Shown: positions 12,900 through 22,746 of the stretch, piece after piece
Layout: every line of letters begins with the position of its first letter
How positions within the stretch are numbered: position 1 is the stretch's first letter
NCBI RefSeq assembly: GCF_014280195.1
Contig: NZ_CP047960.1
Location: 630,001 to 662,000 of the forward strand
DNA length: 32,000 bases
Source: Synechococcus sp. A15-24
GTDB taxonomy: Bacteria > Cyanobacteriota > Cyanobacteriia > PCC-6307 > Cyanobiaceae
Direction of reading: 5' to 3'
Notes under the pieces: model-generated
Database searches by the model: none
What the model saw: only the letters and a program-made list of their open reading frames with translations
Told to the model about the DNA's origin: nothing
Program-made: the position numbers and the translations under genes

Positions 12900-12950
12900 T
12901 GGCACGATATCGCAGACATTTCGCATTGATTTCGTGAATATTTCGTGCCA
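12900..12950 (-). promoter_or_regulatory. Repeat-rich putative operator/promoter upstream of the Met/Cys operon.
   Basis: Three direct ATTTCG(Y)(R) repeats begin at 12918, 12929 and 12940, an exact 11-bp phasing. They are enclosed by a perfect 8-bp inverted repeat, TGGCACGA (12900-12907) and TCGTGCCA (12943-12950). The element lies between the psbC terminator and the GTG at 12860. Confidence 0.35.
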
Positions 12951-12980
12951 AATAAAAACCCCCGCCCGTAGGCGAGGGTG
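12951..12980 (-). terminator. Intrinsic terminator of psbDC.
   Basis: The minus-strand RNA reads CCCUCGCC-uacg-GGCGGGG (7 bp with one bulge) followed by UUUUUAUUU. It lies 30 nt after the psbC stop. Confidence 0.65.
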
Positions 12981-13009
12981 AATGACGATCGTTGGATTGA
13001 ACCAGTTGA

Positions 13010-14398
13010 TCAGTCGAGGTCGGGCATGCCGAGCACAGGCTCAGCCTTGCGGTCGATGCCTTTCTCAAAGCCAGCAGCAGCAGCGCGGGCGCGGCCGGCG
13101 TGCCAGAGGTGACCAACCAGGAAGAAGAAGGCGAGCACGAACTGCGTTGCACCCAACCACTGGCGGAGGTTCACGTAGTTCACCGAGTTGGGCTCGGTGA
13201 TGATGCCGCCCACGGAGTTGATCGAGGCGTTGGGAGCGTGGGTCATGTACTCAGCCGCACGGCGCACTTGCCAGGGCTGAATGTCGTTCTGCAGCTTGTC
13301 GAGGCTGAGACCGTTGGGGCCACGCAGGGGCTCCAGCCAGGGACCACGGAAGTCCCAGAAACGCATGGTTTCACCACCGAAGATGATTTCACCGGTGGGT
13401 GAGCGCATCAAGTACTTACCAAGGCCGGTGGGGCCCATGGCGGAACCGATGTTGGCGCCGAGACGCTGGTCACGCACCAGGAAGGTGAAGCTCTGAGCCT
13501 GGGATGCCTCAGCGTTGGTGGGGCCCCAGAACTCGGAGGGATAGGCGGTGTTGTTGAACCAGATGTAGGCCGAGGCGATGAAGCTCATAAAGCTCAGGGC
13601 GCCAAGGCTGTAGCTCAGGTAGGCCTCACCATTCCAGATGAAGGCGCGACGCACCCAGCCGAAGGGCTTGGTGATGGCGTGCCAGATGCCTCCGAAGATC
13701 AGGGTCAGACCCAGCCAGATGTGGCCACCGATGATGTCCTCCATTGAGTTCACACCGATGATCCAGCCTTCGCCGCCGAAGGGGGCGCGAGTTAGATAAC
13801 CGAAGATCACGCCCGGATCGAGAGTCGGGTTGGTGATCATGCGGACGTCACCGCCGCCGGGAGCCCAAGTGTCGTAGACGCCACCGAAGAACATGGCCTT
13901 GAAGACCAGCAGCAGGCAGCCGACGCCCAGAAGGATCAGGTGATAACCAATGATGTTGGTCATCTGGTTTTTATCGCGCCAGTCCTGGGAGAAGAAGGAG
14001 GAGTAGTTCTCCAGGATCTCCGGACCGCGCAGAGCGTGATACAGACCGCCCAGGCCGAGAACGGCAGAGCTGATCAGGTGCAGAACACCGACCACGAAGA
14101 ATGGGAATAGATCAGTGACCTCACCGCCGGGGCCCACGCCGTAGCCAAGGGTGGCGACGTGGGGCATGCAGATGAAGCCCTGCTCATACATGGGCTTGTC
14201 GAAAGTGAAGTGACTCACTTCGAACAGCATCATGGCGCCGGCCCAGAACACCATCAGGCCAGCGTGCGCCACGTGAGCGCCGAGCAGACGGCCGGACAGG
14301 TTGATCAGACGAGCGTTGCCGGACCACCAGGCGTAGCCGGTGGAGTCGAGGTCTTTGCCGCCAGTGGCGCCAAGACCGGGATTAGAGAGCGTTACCAC
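13010..14398 (-). CDS. psbC: Photosystem II CP43 chlorophyll apoprotein.
   Basis: The sequence reads [53 protein letters not shown] and ends in [10 protein letters not shown] place the start at the in-frame GTG at 14398, which gives the conserved (M)VTLSN N-terminus. The track ORF extends to 14476, inside psbD. Confidence 0.95.
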   Translation of the reverse strand: MVTLSNPGLGATGGKDLDSTGYAWWSGNARLINLSGRLLGAHVAHAGLMVFWAGAMMLFEVSHFTFDKPMYEQGFICMPHVATLGYGVGPGGEVTDLFPFFVVGVLHLISSAVLGLGGLYHALRGPEILENYSSFFSQDWRDKNQMTNIIGYHLILLGVGCLLLVFKAMFFGGVYDTWAPGGGDVRMITNPTLDPGVIFGYLTRAPFGGEGWIIGVNSMEDIIGGHIWLGLTLIFGGIWHAITKPFGWVRRAFIWNGEAYLSYSLGALSFMSFIASAYIWFNNTAYPSEFWGPTNAEASQAQSFTFLVRDQRLGANIGSAMGPTGLGKYLMRSPTGEIIFGGETMRFWDFRGPWLEPLRGPNGLSLDKLQNDIQPWQVRRAAEYMTHAPNASINSVGGIITEPNSVNYVNLRQWLGATQFVLAFFFLVGHLWHAGRARAAAAGFEKGIDRKAEPVLGMPDLD

Positions 14399-15437
14399 GG
14401 GGCAGAACCTCTTCAGGGAAGACGAAGTTTTCGTGCGGCTGGTCAGCCGGTGCCATCCAGGCACGCAGACCTTCATTCAGAAGGATGTTCTTGGTGTAGA
14501 AGGTCTCGAATTCGGGATCTTCTGCAGCGCGAATTTCCTGCGACACGAAGTCGTAGGCACGCAGGTTGAGGGCGAGGCCGATGATGCCGATGGAGCTGGT
14601 CCACAGGCCCATCACAGGCACGAACAGCATGAAGAAGTGCAGCCAGCGCTTGTTGGAGAAGGCGATACCGAAGATCTGACTCCAGAAGCGGTTGGCGGTG
14701 ACCATGGAATAGGTCTCTTCTTCCTGAGTGGGCTCGAACGCCTTGAAGGTGTTGGCCTGCTCGCCGTCCTCAAACAGGGTGTTTTCCACGGTTGCGCCGT
14801 GAATGGCGCAAAGCAGTGCACCGCCGAGGATGCCGGCGACGCCCATCATGTGAAAGGGATTCAGGGTCCAGTTGTGGAAGCCCTGGAGGAAGAGGAGGAA
14901 GCGGAAGATCGCAGCCACACCGAAGGATGGCGCGAAGAACCAGCTGCTCTGACCGAGGGGGTACATCAGGAAGACGCTGACGAACACCGCGATCGGGCCG
15001 GAGAAGGCGATGGCGTTGTACGGGCGGATGCCCACCAGACGAGCGATCTCGAACTGACGCAGCATGAAGCCGATCAGCGCGAAGGCGCCGTGCAGGGCCA
15101 CGAAGGCCCATAGGCCGCCGAGCTGACACCAGCGAACGAAGTCGCCTTGGGCTTCAGGGCCCCAGAGCAGCAGCAGGCTGTGACCCATCGCATCAGCGGG
15201 GGTGGAGACAGCAGCAGTGAGGAAGTTGCAACCTTCCAGGTACGAGGAGGCAATGCCGTGGGTGTACCAGGAGGTGACGAAGGTGGTGCCTGTGAGCCAG
15301 CCACCGATGGCCAAGTAGGCCGTGGGGAAAAGGAGGATGCCGGACCAGCCGACAAAAACGAAGCGGTCGCGCTTGAGCCAGTCATCGAGGATGTCGAACC
15401 ATCCCCGCTGAGGCGCGCGTCCTACAGCGATCGTCAT
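14382..15437 (-). CDS. psbD: Photosystem II D2 protein.
   Basis: The internal ATG at 15437 gives the canonical [34 protein letters not shown]-terminus. The protein is 351 aa and ends in PRGNAL. It overlaps psbC by 17 nt. Confidence 0.97.
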   Translation of the reverse strand: MTIAVGRAPQRGWFDILDDWLKRDRFVFVGWSGILLFPTAYLAIGGWLTGTTFVTSWYTHGIASSYLEGCNFLTAAVSTPADAMGHSLLLLWGPEAQGDFVRWCQLGGLWAFVALHGAFALIGFMLRQFEIARLVGIRPYNAIAFSGPIAVFVSVFLMYPLGQSSWFFAPSFGVAAIFRFLLFLQGFHNWTLNPFHMMGVAGILGGALLCAIHGATVENTLFEDGEQANTFKAFEPTQEEETYSMVTANRFWSQIFGIAFSNKRWLHFFMLFVPVMGLWTSSIGIIGLALNLRAYDFVSQEIRAAEDPEFETFYTKNILLNEGLRAWMAPADQPHENFVFPEEVLPRGNAL

Positions 15438-15491
15438 GAGTGGTGAACGGTGCGGAAGACCGCACGCTGTGGGATACGCCAGCGACCTTAA

Positions 15492-16163
<672 letters not shown>

Positions 16164-16167
16164 ACCA

Positions 16168-16839
16168 ATGCGTCGCTTCGTTCTCTGGTCTTTATTGCTG
16201 CTCCTTCCCCTGATGGTGAGCTGCAGCCCCTCCCCTCGCGCTGCGGTAGCTCGTGGTTGCGCTGATGCGGAAGCCGCTTGTCTGCAGGGGAAGGCCACCG
16301 TGTTGATGAGCACCAGTCGTGGTGACATCACCATCGAAGTGGATGGTGATGCCGCACCTCTCACGGCCGGCAACTTCGTTGATCTGGTGCGTCGCGGTAC
16401 CTACGACGGCACCATGTTCCACCGTGTTGTCCGCGAGCCCGTTCCCTTCGTGGTTCAGGGCGGTGACCCGCAGTCGAGCGATCGTTCCGTTCCCCTCAGC
16501 CAGCTGGGAACTGGCAGCTTTGTGGATCCCACCAACGGCGTGGCTCGGATGATTCCGCTGGAGCTGAGCTTCCAGGGTGAGGATTCCCCGCGCTACAGCC
16601 GCATCAGCAGCAACCCCAGCGAACTCCAGGATCTGGTGTTATCCCACGAGCGTGGATCCGTGGCCATGGCCCGCTCCCAGGCGCCGGATTCCGCTAGTGC
16701 GCAGTTCTACATCGCCCTGCGTCCATTGCCTGAGCTGGATGGTCGTTATGCTGTCTTCGGTCGGGTGGTGAAAGGGCTGGACATGGTGGACACGATCGAA
16801 CAAGGGGATCGCATCAAAACCGCCCGACTGAGCGACTGA
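16168..16839 (+). CDS. Cyclophilin-type peptidyl-prolyl cis-trans isomerase with a lipoprotein signal (223 aa).
   Basis: The ATG at 16168 gives MRRFVLWSLLLLLPLMVSCSP, a lipobox-like LMVSC. The cyclophilin core carries FHRVV and FVVQGGDP, plus the later A and QF-I motifs. Confidence 0.88.
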   Translation: MRRFVLWSLLLLLPLMVSCSPSPRAAVARGCADAEAACLQGKATVLMSTSRGDITIEVDGDAAPLTAGNFVDLVRRGTYDGTMFHRVVREPVPFVVQGGDPQSSDRSVPLSQLGTGSFVDPTNGVARMIPLELSFQGEDSPRYSRISSNPSELQDLVLSHERGSVAMARSQAPDSASAQFYIALRPLPELDGRYAVFGRVVKGLDMVDTIEQGDRIKTARLSD

Positions 16840-16841
16840 GC

Positions 16842-17372
16842 TCAGGCCGGAACTCTGTTTTCGCTCGGTGACACCTTGAGCAGTTCGGTGTTCACGCCGG
16901 ACGCCCGTTCCAGCGCCACCTTGCCGGTGCGGGCGATTTCAAGAATGCCGAAGGGCGCCATCAGCCGTTCCAGGGCCACCAGCTTTCCTGGGTCCCCCAC
17001 CACTTCCAGGGTGAGGGCTTCATCGGCCACATCCACCACCTTGGCTCGGAACACCTGCACCAGGTCAAACACCGCGCTGCGGGTTTCGGCGGGCGCTGAG
17101 ACCTTCAATAGCATCAGTTCCCGCTCCACGGCAGGTCGCTGGGTCAGGTCGAGCACTTGAAGCACGTTCACCAGCTTGTCCAGCTGTTTGGTCATCTGCT
17201 GAAGGGTCTGGTCATCCCCCTCCACCACCATCGTTAAACGCGACTGGCGGTCGGCCTCTGCAGGCCCCACAGCCAGGCTGTCGATGTTGAAGCCGCGGCG
17301 CGCGAACAGTCCGGCGATCCGACTGAGTGCGCCGGATTCGTCCTCCACCAGCACCGAAAGGGTGTGTTTCAT
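16842..17372 (-). CDS. ilvH: Acetolactate synthase small (regulatory) subunit (176 aa).
   Basis: The internal ATG at 17372 gives [39 protein letters not shown], the classic ACT-domain N-terminus. Confidence 0.9.
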   Translation of the reverse strand: MKHTLSVLVEDESGALSRIAGLFARRGFNIDSLAVGPAEADRQSRLTMVVEGDDQTLQQMTKQLDKLVNVLQVLDLTQRPAVERELMLLKVSAPAETRSAVFDLVQVFRAKVVDVADEALTLEVVGDPGKLVALERLMAPFGILEIARTGKVALERASGVNTELLKVSPSENRVPA

Positions 17373-17397
17373 CGCTGCTGGTCGTTCCCGTCCGGTC

Positions 17398-18309
17398 TCA
17401 CACACCCAAGTTACGATCCAGCCAGGGCAGCACCAAGGCAACGAACTGATCCGGCCGTTCGTCATGGGGACAGTGGCCGCAGGCATCGATCACCTGCAGC
17501 TCGGTATCAGGGCGGCAGGCGTGGATCTGTCGGGTCACGCTCAGGGGCACAAACCGATCCTGCTGTCCCCAGATCAACAGCAGCGGACAGTGCAGCTGTT
17601 TCAGAAGAGCGGGGGCGGTTGCCCCTCGCGGTCGCAGCGCCATTCCCAGGCTCATCGCCCGCAGGGCTCGGGCAGCTGTGGGACGTCGCGCCGGTCGGGC
17701 AATCAGCTGCAGCAGCTGCTGGTCTGAAGAGATCGATTGGTGATAGGCACCCTGGAGTCCTGATTTGATCAGGCCTGTGCGGGCGATTAGGGGCACCAGC
17801 AGCTCCAGGGGCAGGAGCCTCAGAACCACGCTCAACAGACGCCGCCGCCACCGGCGTTGCCAGGGTGGTCGACGTGGCGGGATTGGTTGGATCAGAGCCG
17901 GGTCCGGCAGCGGTGCGGCAACCACTGCGCGGATCTGCTCCGGCTTCAGCACAGCGGCCGTCAGGGCCGTGAGGGCCCCCAGGGAATTGCCGATCAGGAC
18001 GGCGGGCCGCTGCACCACCTGCTCAACAAAGGCGTTCACCTGTTGTCCCCAGACGCGATTGTCCAGGGGAATCGCTGGCTGGTCCGAGGCCCCGAACCCC
18101 AGCAGGTCGAGGCTGAAGACCCGCCAGCCCTGGCTGGCCAGGCGCGGAGCGGTATGGCGCCAATGGCCGCTGGCAGCTCCGAAACCATGAAGCAGGACGA
18201 TGGCCGGATCGTCGTCTTGGCCCAAGACTCTCCAGTGGCAGGACCAGCCCCGCCATCGCCAGATGGCCTGGTCACCCCAGTCGGCAGTCTGGTGAGCAGC
18301 GGCGGTCAA
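17398..18309 (-). CDS. Alpha/beta-fold hydrolase (303 aa).
   Basis: It has the HGFGAS oxyanion region, the GNSLGA nucleophile elbow and a C-terminal CGHCPHDE. The start is TTG at 18309. Confidence 0.8.
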   Translation of the reverse strand: MTAAAHQTADWGDQAIWRWRGWSCHWRVLGQDDDPAIVLLHGFGAASGHWRHTAPRLASQGWRVFSLDLLGFGASDQPAIPLDNRVWGQQVNAFVEQVVQRPAVLIGNSLGALTALTAAVLKPEQIRAVVAAPLPDPALIQPIPPRRPPWQRRWRRRLLSVVLRLLPLELLVPLIARTGLIKSGLQGAYHQSISSDQQLLQLIARPARRPTAARALRAMSLGMALRPRGATAPALLKQLHCPLLLIWGQQDRFVPLSVTRQIHACRPDTELQVIDACGHCPHDERPDQFVALVLPWLDRNLGV

Positions 18310-18412
18310 AGCTCTGGTAGATCCTGGTCCTCACTATCGCGAGGGGGCGGCTGAGCTGCTGCTGGGGGGTGGCTTCTTCCGCCGCGACTCACGGCCGGCC
18401 AGGGATGGCTCG

Positions 18413-19474
18413 GTGCTGCTGGCCTGGCATCAGGCCAGCACAAAAACCTGTGAACACCCCCTCCAGTGGCTGGATCTGATGGCGGGATGCGGCATACGGG
18501 GGCTGCGTTGGGGGCTGGAGGCAGCTGGGGCTCATTCGATGCCACCGGAGATCGTTGTGAACGATGCCGATGGCGATCGACGGCCCCTGCTGGAGCACAA
18601 CCTCAAGCCATTGGCAGGGGCCACCTGCAGCAGTGTTCCTGCCGAGACGTTGCTGTGCCAGGCCCAGCTCGAGGGGCGACGGTTTGACCTGATTGATCTG
18701 GACGCCTTCGGCCATCCCGGTGCTCTGATCCAGCCAGTCCTGCAGCTCCTCGCCCCGGACGGAATTCTTGTGCTGGCCAGCACCGATGGTCGTTCTCCCA
18801 CCGGCCATGACCGCCCCGGCGCGATCCGCAGCTTCGGAGCAGCGGCTCGCGCCCATCCCGCCAGCTGGGAGCTGGCCTTGCGTCAACACCTGGGGTTGCT
18901 GGCACGACAGGCCTGGTTGCTCGGCCGCGGACTCCAGCCGTTGATGAGCTTCAGCGATGGCCGCACCTTCCGTCTCGCGGTTCGTCTGAAACGCCTTCTC
19001 CATCCAGATGAGGAAGCGACGCTGGGATTGCTGGCCCGCTGTGGGACCTGTGGTGCCCAGCAAAGCCAGCCGCTGTTGCGTCTGCGCAATTGGTCGGCCT
19101 GTCACTGCCCACCCGAGCAGGGGCGCTGGGCCATCAGCGGACCGCTCTGGCTGGGTCCGTTGCAGCAGGTCGACTTGCTCGAGGAGCTGATGGCCAGTCC
19201 CGTGCCGGTGGCCTCAGCCACGCGGCGGTTGTTGCAGCGGCTCCAGGCCGACCCAGGGGGGTTGGGCCATGTTTGGTCGACCGCCGAGTTGGCGCAGCGC
19301 TGTGGATCCGGCCCGCCACCACTGCAGCGCCTGGTGGAAGCCCTCCGCACCCAGGGACACCAGGCCTGGCCCAGTGGGGTGATGGCTGGTCAGGTGCGCA
19401 CGGATGCCGATCTTCCCGAGCTGTTACAGATCTGCTCCAACCTTTGTGGGGAAGGGCCTTTAATAGGCTCTTGA
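18413..19474 (+). CDS. Trm1-like tRNA (guanine-N2)-dimethyltransferase family protein. The annotated GTG start probably truncates the conserved N-terminus.
   Basis: [18 protein letters not shown] and VVNDADGD match the Trm1 SAM-binding region. The in-frame upstream peptide [29 protein letters not shown] (18335-18412) matches the Trm1 N-terminal EG-A, F-NP and NRD pattern, but it has no ATG, GTG or TTG. Confidence 0.75.
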   Translation: MLLAWHQASTKTCEHPLQWLDLMAGCGIRGLRWGLEAAGAHSMPPEIVVNDADGDRRPLLEHNLKPLAGATCSSVPAETLLCQAQLEGRRFDLIDLDAFGHPGALIQPVLQLLAPDGILVLASTDGRSPTGHDRPGAIRSFGAAARAHPASWELALRQHLGLLARQAWLLGRGLQPLMSFSDGRTFRLAVRLKRLLHPDEEATLGLLARCGTCGAQQSQPLLRLRNWSACHCPPEQGRWAISGPLWLGPLQQVDLLEELMASPVPVASATRRLLQRLQADPGGLGHVWSTAELAQRCGSGPPPLQRLVEALRTQGHQAWPSGVMAGQVRTDADLPELLQICSNLCGEGPLIGS

Positions 19475-19490
19475 ACATCCACACAACAGC

Positions 19491-19589
19491 ATGGCTTCGG
19501 AGATTTTCGGCACGGCCGCCATTTTCTGGGTGCTGATCCCCGTGGGTCTGGCGGGTGGCGCACTGTTGTTGAAGCTGCAGGGTGACTGA
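19491..19589 (+). CDS. petM: Cytochrome b6-f complex subunit 7, PetM (32 aa).
   Basis: Manual translation gives [32 protein letters not shown] followed by TGA at 19587-19589. It has a single TM helix and the characteristic KLQG ending. It falls below the ORF-track length cut-off. Confidence 0.85.
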   Translation: MASEIFGTAAIFWVLIPVGLAGGALLLKLQGD

Positions 19590-19644
19590 ATCCCCCTTTG
19601 TCACCCGAGCCACCTAGGCTCCACGACTTCTAAGCGAGGGCCCC

Positions 19645-20607
19645 ATGCAGGTTCTGGTGTTGGGTGGCACGGGCACCCTTGGACGACAGATTGCCCGCCG
19701 TGCCTTTGATGCCGGACACGATGTCCGCTGCATGGTCCGCACCCCAAGAAAGGCGTCGTTTCTGCAGGAATGGGGTTGTGAACTTACCCGAGGTGACCTG
19801 CTTGAGCCAGACAGCCTCGATTACGCCCTAGATGGCGTGGATTCGGTGATTGATGCCGCCACCAGTCGTCCCACCGATCCCCACAGCGTTTACGAGACGG
19901 ACTGGGACGGAAAGCTCAATCTGCTGCGGGCCTGCGAGCGCGCTGACGTCAAACGGTTTGTCTTTGTTTCGCTGCTCGGAGCTCACAGACACCGCTCGGT
20001 GCCGTTGATGGACATCAAGGCTTGTACCGAGAACCTGTTGGAGTCGTCTGATTTCGAGTACACGATCCTCCAGGGTGCTGCCTTTATGCAGGGGGTGATC
20101 AGTCAGTTCGCGATCCCAGTGCTGGAGAGTCAGACGGTGTGGGTGAGCGGCAGCCCGACGGCTATTGCCTATATGAACTCCCAGGACATGGCCCGGTTCG
20201 CCATTGCGGCCCTCGAGCGCCAGGAGACCATTCGCGGCACCTATCCGGTTGTGGGTTTGAAAGCATGGAACACCGGCGAGTTGGTCCAGCTTTGTGAGCG
20301 CTGCAGCGGCAAGACGGCCCGCGTGTTCCGGGTTCAGCCTGTGTTGATCAAGCTGATGCAGGGCCTTGCATCGTTCTTTGAACCGGCCGTGAACGTGGCC
20401 GAGCGTCTTGCCTTCGCGGAGGTGACGGGCGGCGGCCAGGCGTTGGATGCACCGATGGAGAACAGCTACGCCGCTTTCGGTCTGGAACCCTCGGAGACCA
20501 CCGAGATGGAGAGCTACATCAGCGAGTACTACGACACGATCCTCAAGCGGCTTCGGGAGATGGAGGCCGATCTGGACAAAGATGCCAAGAAAAAGCTGCC
20601 GTTCTGA
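19645..20607 (+). CDS. ycf39: Ycf39, an atypical SDR (NmrA-like) photosystem II assembly factor (320 aa).
   Basis: It starts MQVLVLGGTGTLGRQIARRAFDAGHDVRCMVRTPRKASFLQEWG. It is collinear along its length with my recollection of Synechocystis Slr0399, for example PLMDIKACTE, AFMQG, RLAFAEV and the YISEYY tail. Confidence 0.9.
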   Translation: MQVLVLGGTGTLGRQIARRAFDAGHDVRCMVRTPRKASFLQEWGCELTRGDLLEPDSLDYALDGVDSVIDAATSRPTDPHSVYETDWDGKLNLLRACERADVKRFVFVSLLGAHRHRSVPLMDIKACTENLLESSDFEYTILQGAAFMQGVISQFAIPVLESQTVWVSGSPTAIAYMNSQDMARFAIAALERQETIRGTYPVVGLKAWNTGELVQLCERCSGKTARVFRVQPVLIKLMQGLASFFEPAVNVAERLAFAEVTGGGQALDAPMENSYAAFGLEPSETTEMESYISEYYDTILKRLREMEADLDKDAKKKLPF

Positions 20608-20662
20608 GGAGCCTTGCTCTCTGCTAGTTCTTTTGTACTGTTAAGGGGTCCGGGCTGGTTCG

Positions 20663-20878
20663 ATGGCAGTTGCTCAGTTGAAGAATTTGCAGCGCCGGCT
20701 GCAGTTGCTTTCCGATGAAGCAGAGCAAGGCTTAACTCGCTCCTGTGGTCATGAGTTATGGAAGAGCGTTGGTCCCGATGCGATCGATGGGCTGGAGGAC
20801 CCTGCCCGCCGCGCGGAGGCCAACTACTGGTATGGCCAGTGGAACGTTGTGCGGGAGCTTCAGGAGGCCTTCGGCTGA
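20663..20878 (+). CDS. Small conserved-looking hypothetical protein (71 aa), translationally coupled to the ArsM-like gene.
   Basis: ATG at 20663. Its TGA at 20876-20878 shares one nucleotide with the ATG at 20878. No family was recognised. Confidence 0.5.
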   Translation: MAVAQLKNLQRRLQLLSDEAEQGLTRSCGHELWKSVGPDAIDGLEDPARRAEANYWYGQWNVVRELQEAFG

Positions 20879-21660
20879 TGGCGGAGTCCTGCTGCCCATC
20901 TCCAGAACCACTGGATCAGTCCGACGCCGTGGATGCCCGGTACGGCGCCGCTGCCCTAGAGCGTGAGGCCTGCCTGTGCACGCCTGTGGGTTTTGACCCG
21001 GCACTGCTTCAGGTGATTCCGGATGCGGTGGTGGAGCGTGACTACGGCTGCGGCGATCCCACCCGCTGGGTCCGTCCGGGTGATCGGGTGCTGGATCTTG
21101 GTAGTGGCAGCGGCAAAAATGCCTTCATCTGCTCCCAGGTCGTCGGAGCTGATGGGGCTGTGCTGGGGGTGGACCGCAATCCCGACATGTTGACCCTCTC
21201 CCGTCAGGCGGCACCGGTGGTTGCCGAGGCCATTGGTTACGGCAATGTCCGTTTCGTCGAAGGCGCTATTGAGGCGCTGGACGAGCAGGGCGACGCTGCT
21301 GAACCGCTGGTGCCGGACGCCAGCATCGACGTGGTTCTCAGCAACTGCGTCCTCAATCTGGTGAATCCCTCGTCCCGTCAGCGGCTCCTGGCCAACATCC
21401 GGCGTGTGCTGGCCCCGGGCGGTCGTGTGGCGATCAGCGACATCGTCTGCGATCAACCGGTGCCGATGCATCTCCAGCAAGACCCAGAGTTGTGGAGCGG
21501 CTGCATCAGCGGCGCCTGGCAGGAAGACGACTTTCTGAAGGATTTCCGTGCGCTCGGTCTGGAGCAGGTGACGTTCGCCGATCGCAGTGAGCAGCCCTGG
21601 CGAACGCTGGAGGGCATTGAATTCCGCGCGGTCACCCTCGTCGGTCAGCTTCCCGGCTAG
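20878..21660 (+). CDS. arsM: ArsM-like SAM-dependent (arsenite) methyltransferase (260 aa).
   Basis: It contains YGCGDP, the [12 protein letters not shown] motif, SNCVLNL, and [10 protein letters not shown] followed by [12 protein letters not shown]. These include the conserved Cys positions expected for ArsM. The start is taken at ATG 20878 (MAESCC). Confidence 0.75.
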   Translation: MAESCCPSPEPLDQSDAVDARYGAAALEREACLCTPVGFDPALLQVIPDAVVERDYGCGDPTRWVRPGDRVLDLGSGSGKNAFICSQVVGADGAVLGVDRNPDMLTLSRQAAPVVAEAIGYGNVRFVEGAIEALDEQGDAAEPLVPDASIDVVLSNCVLNLVNPSSRQRLLANIRRVLAPGGRVAISDIVCDQPVPMHLQQDPELWSGCISGAWQEDDFLKDFRALGLEQVTFADRSEQPWRTLEGIEFRAVTLVGQLPG

Positions 21661-22384
21661 TCCTATGTGGTCGGGGCGCCCTGCTGCTGAGCAGACGGTT
21701 CAGGCGCTCCTGCTCAGCGCTGGTCACGGACCGCCAACGGCCTGCCGGTAGATCGTTCAGATCAAATGCATCCCCGCCGTCCATCAGGTCGATTCGGCAA
21801 CGGATCAGCCTCAGGGTTGGAAGCCCCACCGCGGCGGTCATCCGGCGCACCTGGCGGTTGCGCCCCTCCCGCAGGGACAGCTCAAGCCAACTGGTGGGAA
21901 TCGTGGCGCGAACTCGGATCGGGGGATCGCGTTCTGGGAGTAGCGGAATCTCCTTGCCCTGCAGACAGTGCGCCCGTGCCGGCAGGGTCCGCTGGCGTTG
22001 GATCTCAACTCCCTCCCTCAGTCGCTGCAGTTGATCGTCGTCCGGGTGACCTTCCACCTGAACCCAGTAGCTGCGCCAGTGCCCGAAACGGGGATCGGTC
22101 AGCCGTTGCTGCAGACGACCTTGATCGGTCAGAAGCAGCAACCCCTCGCTGTCGGCATCCAGCCGACCTGCGGCGTAGACGCCAGGAACATTGATGAATT
22201 CAGCCAGACATCGCCAGCGGCTTGCCACCTCAGGGGTGAACTGACTGAGGACGCCGTAGGGCTTGTTGAACAGCAGGGTGGTCAACCGGCGTTTTCGCGA
22301 GCCCTCCACAGGTTGACAACGCCAATGGAGATCAGCAGAAGTCCCAGGTCCATGGTGATCGGAGGCAGCAGCACGGCAGGACAA
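21632..22384 (-). CDS. RsuA/RluE-family pseudouridine synthase.
   Basis: [13 protein letters not shown] and the catalytic [14 protein letters not shown] motif are present. The start is uncertain: TTG at 22384 or GTG at 22309. The 3' end overlaps the arsM-like gene by 29 nt in convergent orientation. Confidence 0.8.
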   Translation of the reverse strand: MSCRAAASDHHGPGTSADLHWRCQPVEGSRKRRLTTLLFNKPYGVLSQFTPEVASRWRCLAEFINVPGVYAAGRLDADSEGLLLLTDQGRLQQRLTDPRFGHWRSYWVQVEGHPDDDQLQRLREGVEIQRQRTLPARAHCLQGKEIPLLPERDPPIRVRATIPTSWLELSLREGRNRQVRRMTAAVGLPTLRLIRCRIDLMDGGDAFDLNDLPAGRWRSVTSAEQERLNRLLSSRAPRPHRTSREADRRG

Positions 22385-22476
22385 GCGGGAGCCGCGGAGC
22401 CTAAAGGCACTGGCGGCAGAAGCGGGCCTGGAGGCGCCCTTTTAGAGTGATTGGACTACTGGAAAGACACCGGCGC

Positions 22477-22746
22477 ATGATCGAAACCTCGGGCGTGATC
22501 GAGAAGGAACAGGGAAATGGGTTCTATCTGGTCACCCTTGAGCAGCCTGCCGGTCACCAATGTTTGTGTCGGGCCGCAGGCAAACTCACCAAGTTCCGCA
22601 TCAAGTTGCTCGCCGGAGACAAGGTGTTGGTGGAGATCAGTCCCTACGACCTGACCCGTGGCCGAATCACCTATCGGGAGCGGAATGCTGGTGCCCCTGG
22701 TGGACGGCCAGGTGGCAACCGTCCAGGGGGACCGCGTCGCCGTTAG
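22477..22746 (+). CDS. IF-1-like S1-fold protein with a Gly/Pro/Arg-rich C-terminal tail (89 aa).
   Basis: The ATG at 22477 gives [22 protein letters not shown] and [32 protein letters not shown], an IF-1 core, followed by [19 protein letters not shown]. The gene is not in a ribosomal-protein context. Confidence 0.8.
   Translation: MIETSGVIEKEQGNGFYLVTLEQPAGHQCLCRAAGKLTKFRIKLLAGDKVLVEISPYDLTRGRITYRERNAGAPGGRPGGNRPGGPRRR

Noticed and set aside
12900-12916. TGGCACG as a sigma-54 (-24/-12) promoter.
   Set aside because: No TTGC follows at the right spacing, and cyanobacteria are not known to encode RpoN.
9487-15446. Many long ORFs antisense to, or out of frame with, cysK, the two PLP-enzyme genes, psbC and psbD. 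Examples are 9487..10185, 10297..11148, 11252..11809, 11847..12929, 14340..15113 and 15074..15385.
   Set aside because: Their translations are Arg/Gly/Pro/Ala-rich and low in complexity, as expected for shadow ORFs in DNA of about 60% GC. Each overlaps a gene with unmistakable family motifs on the other strand or frame.
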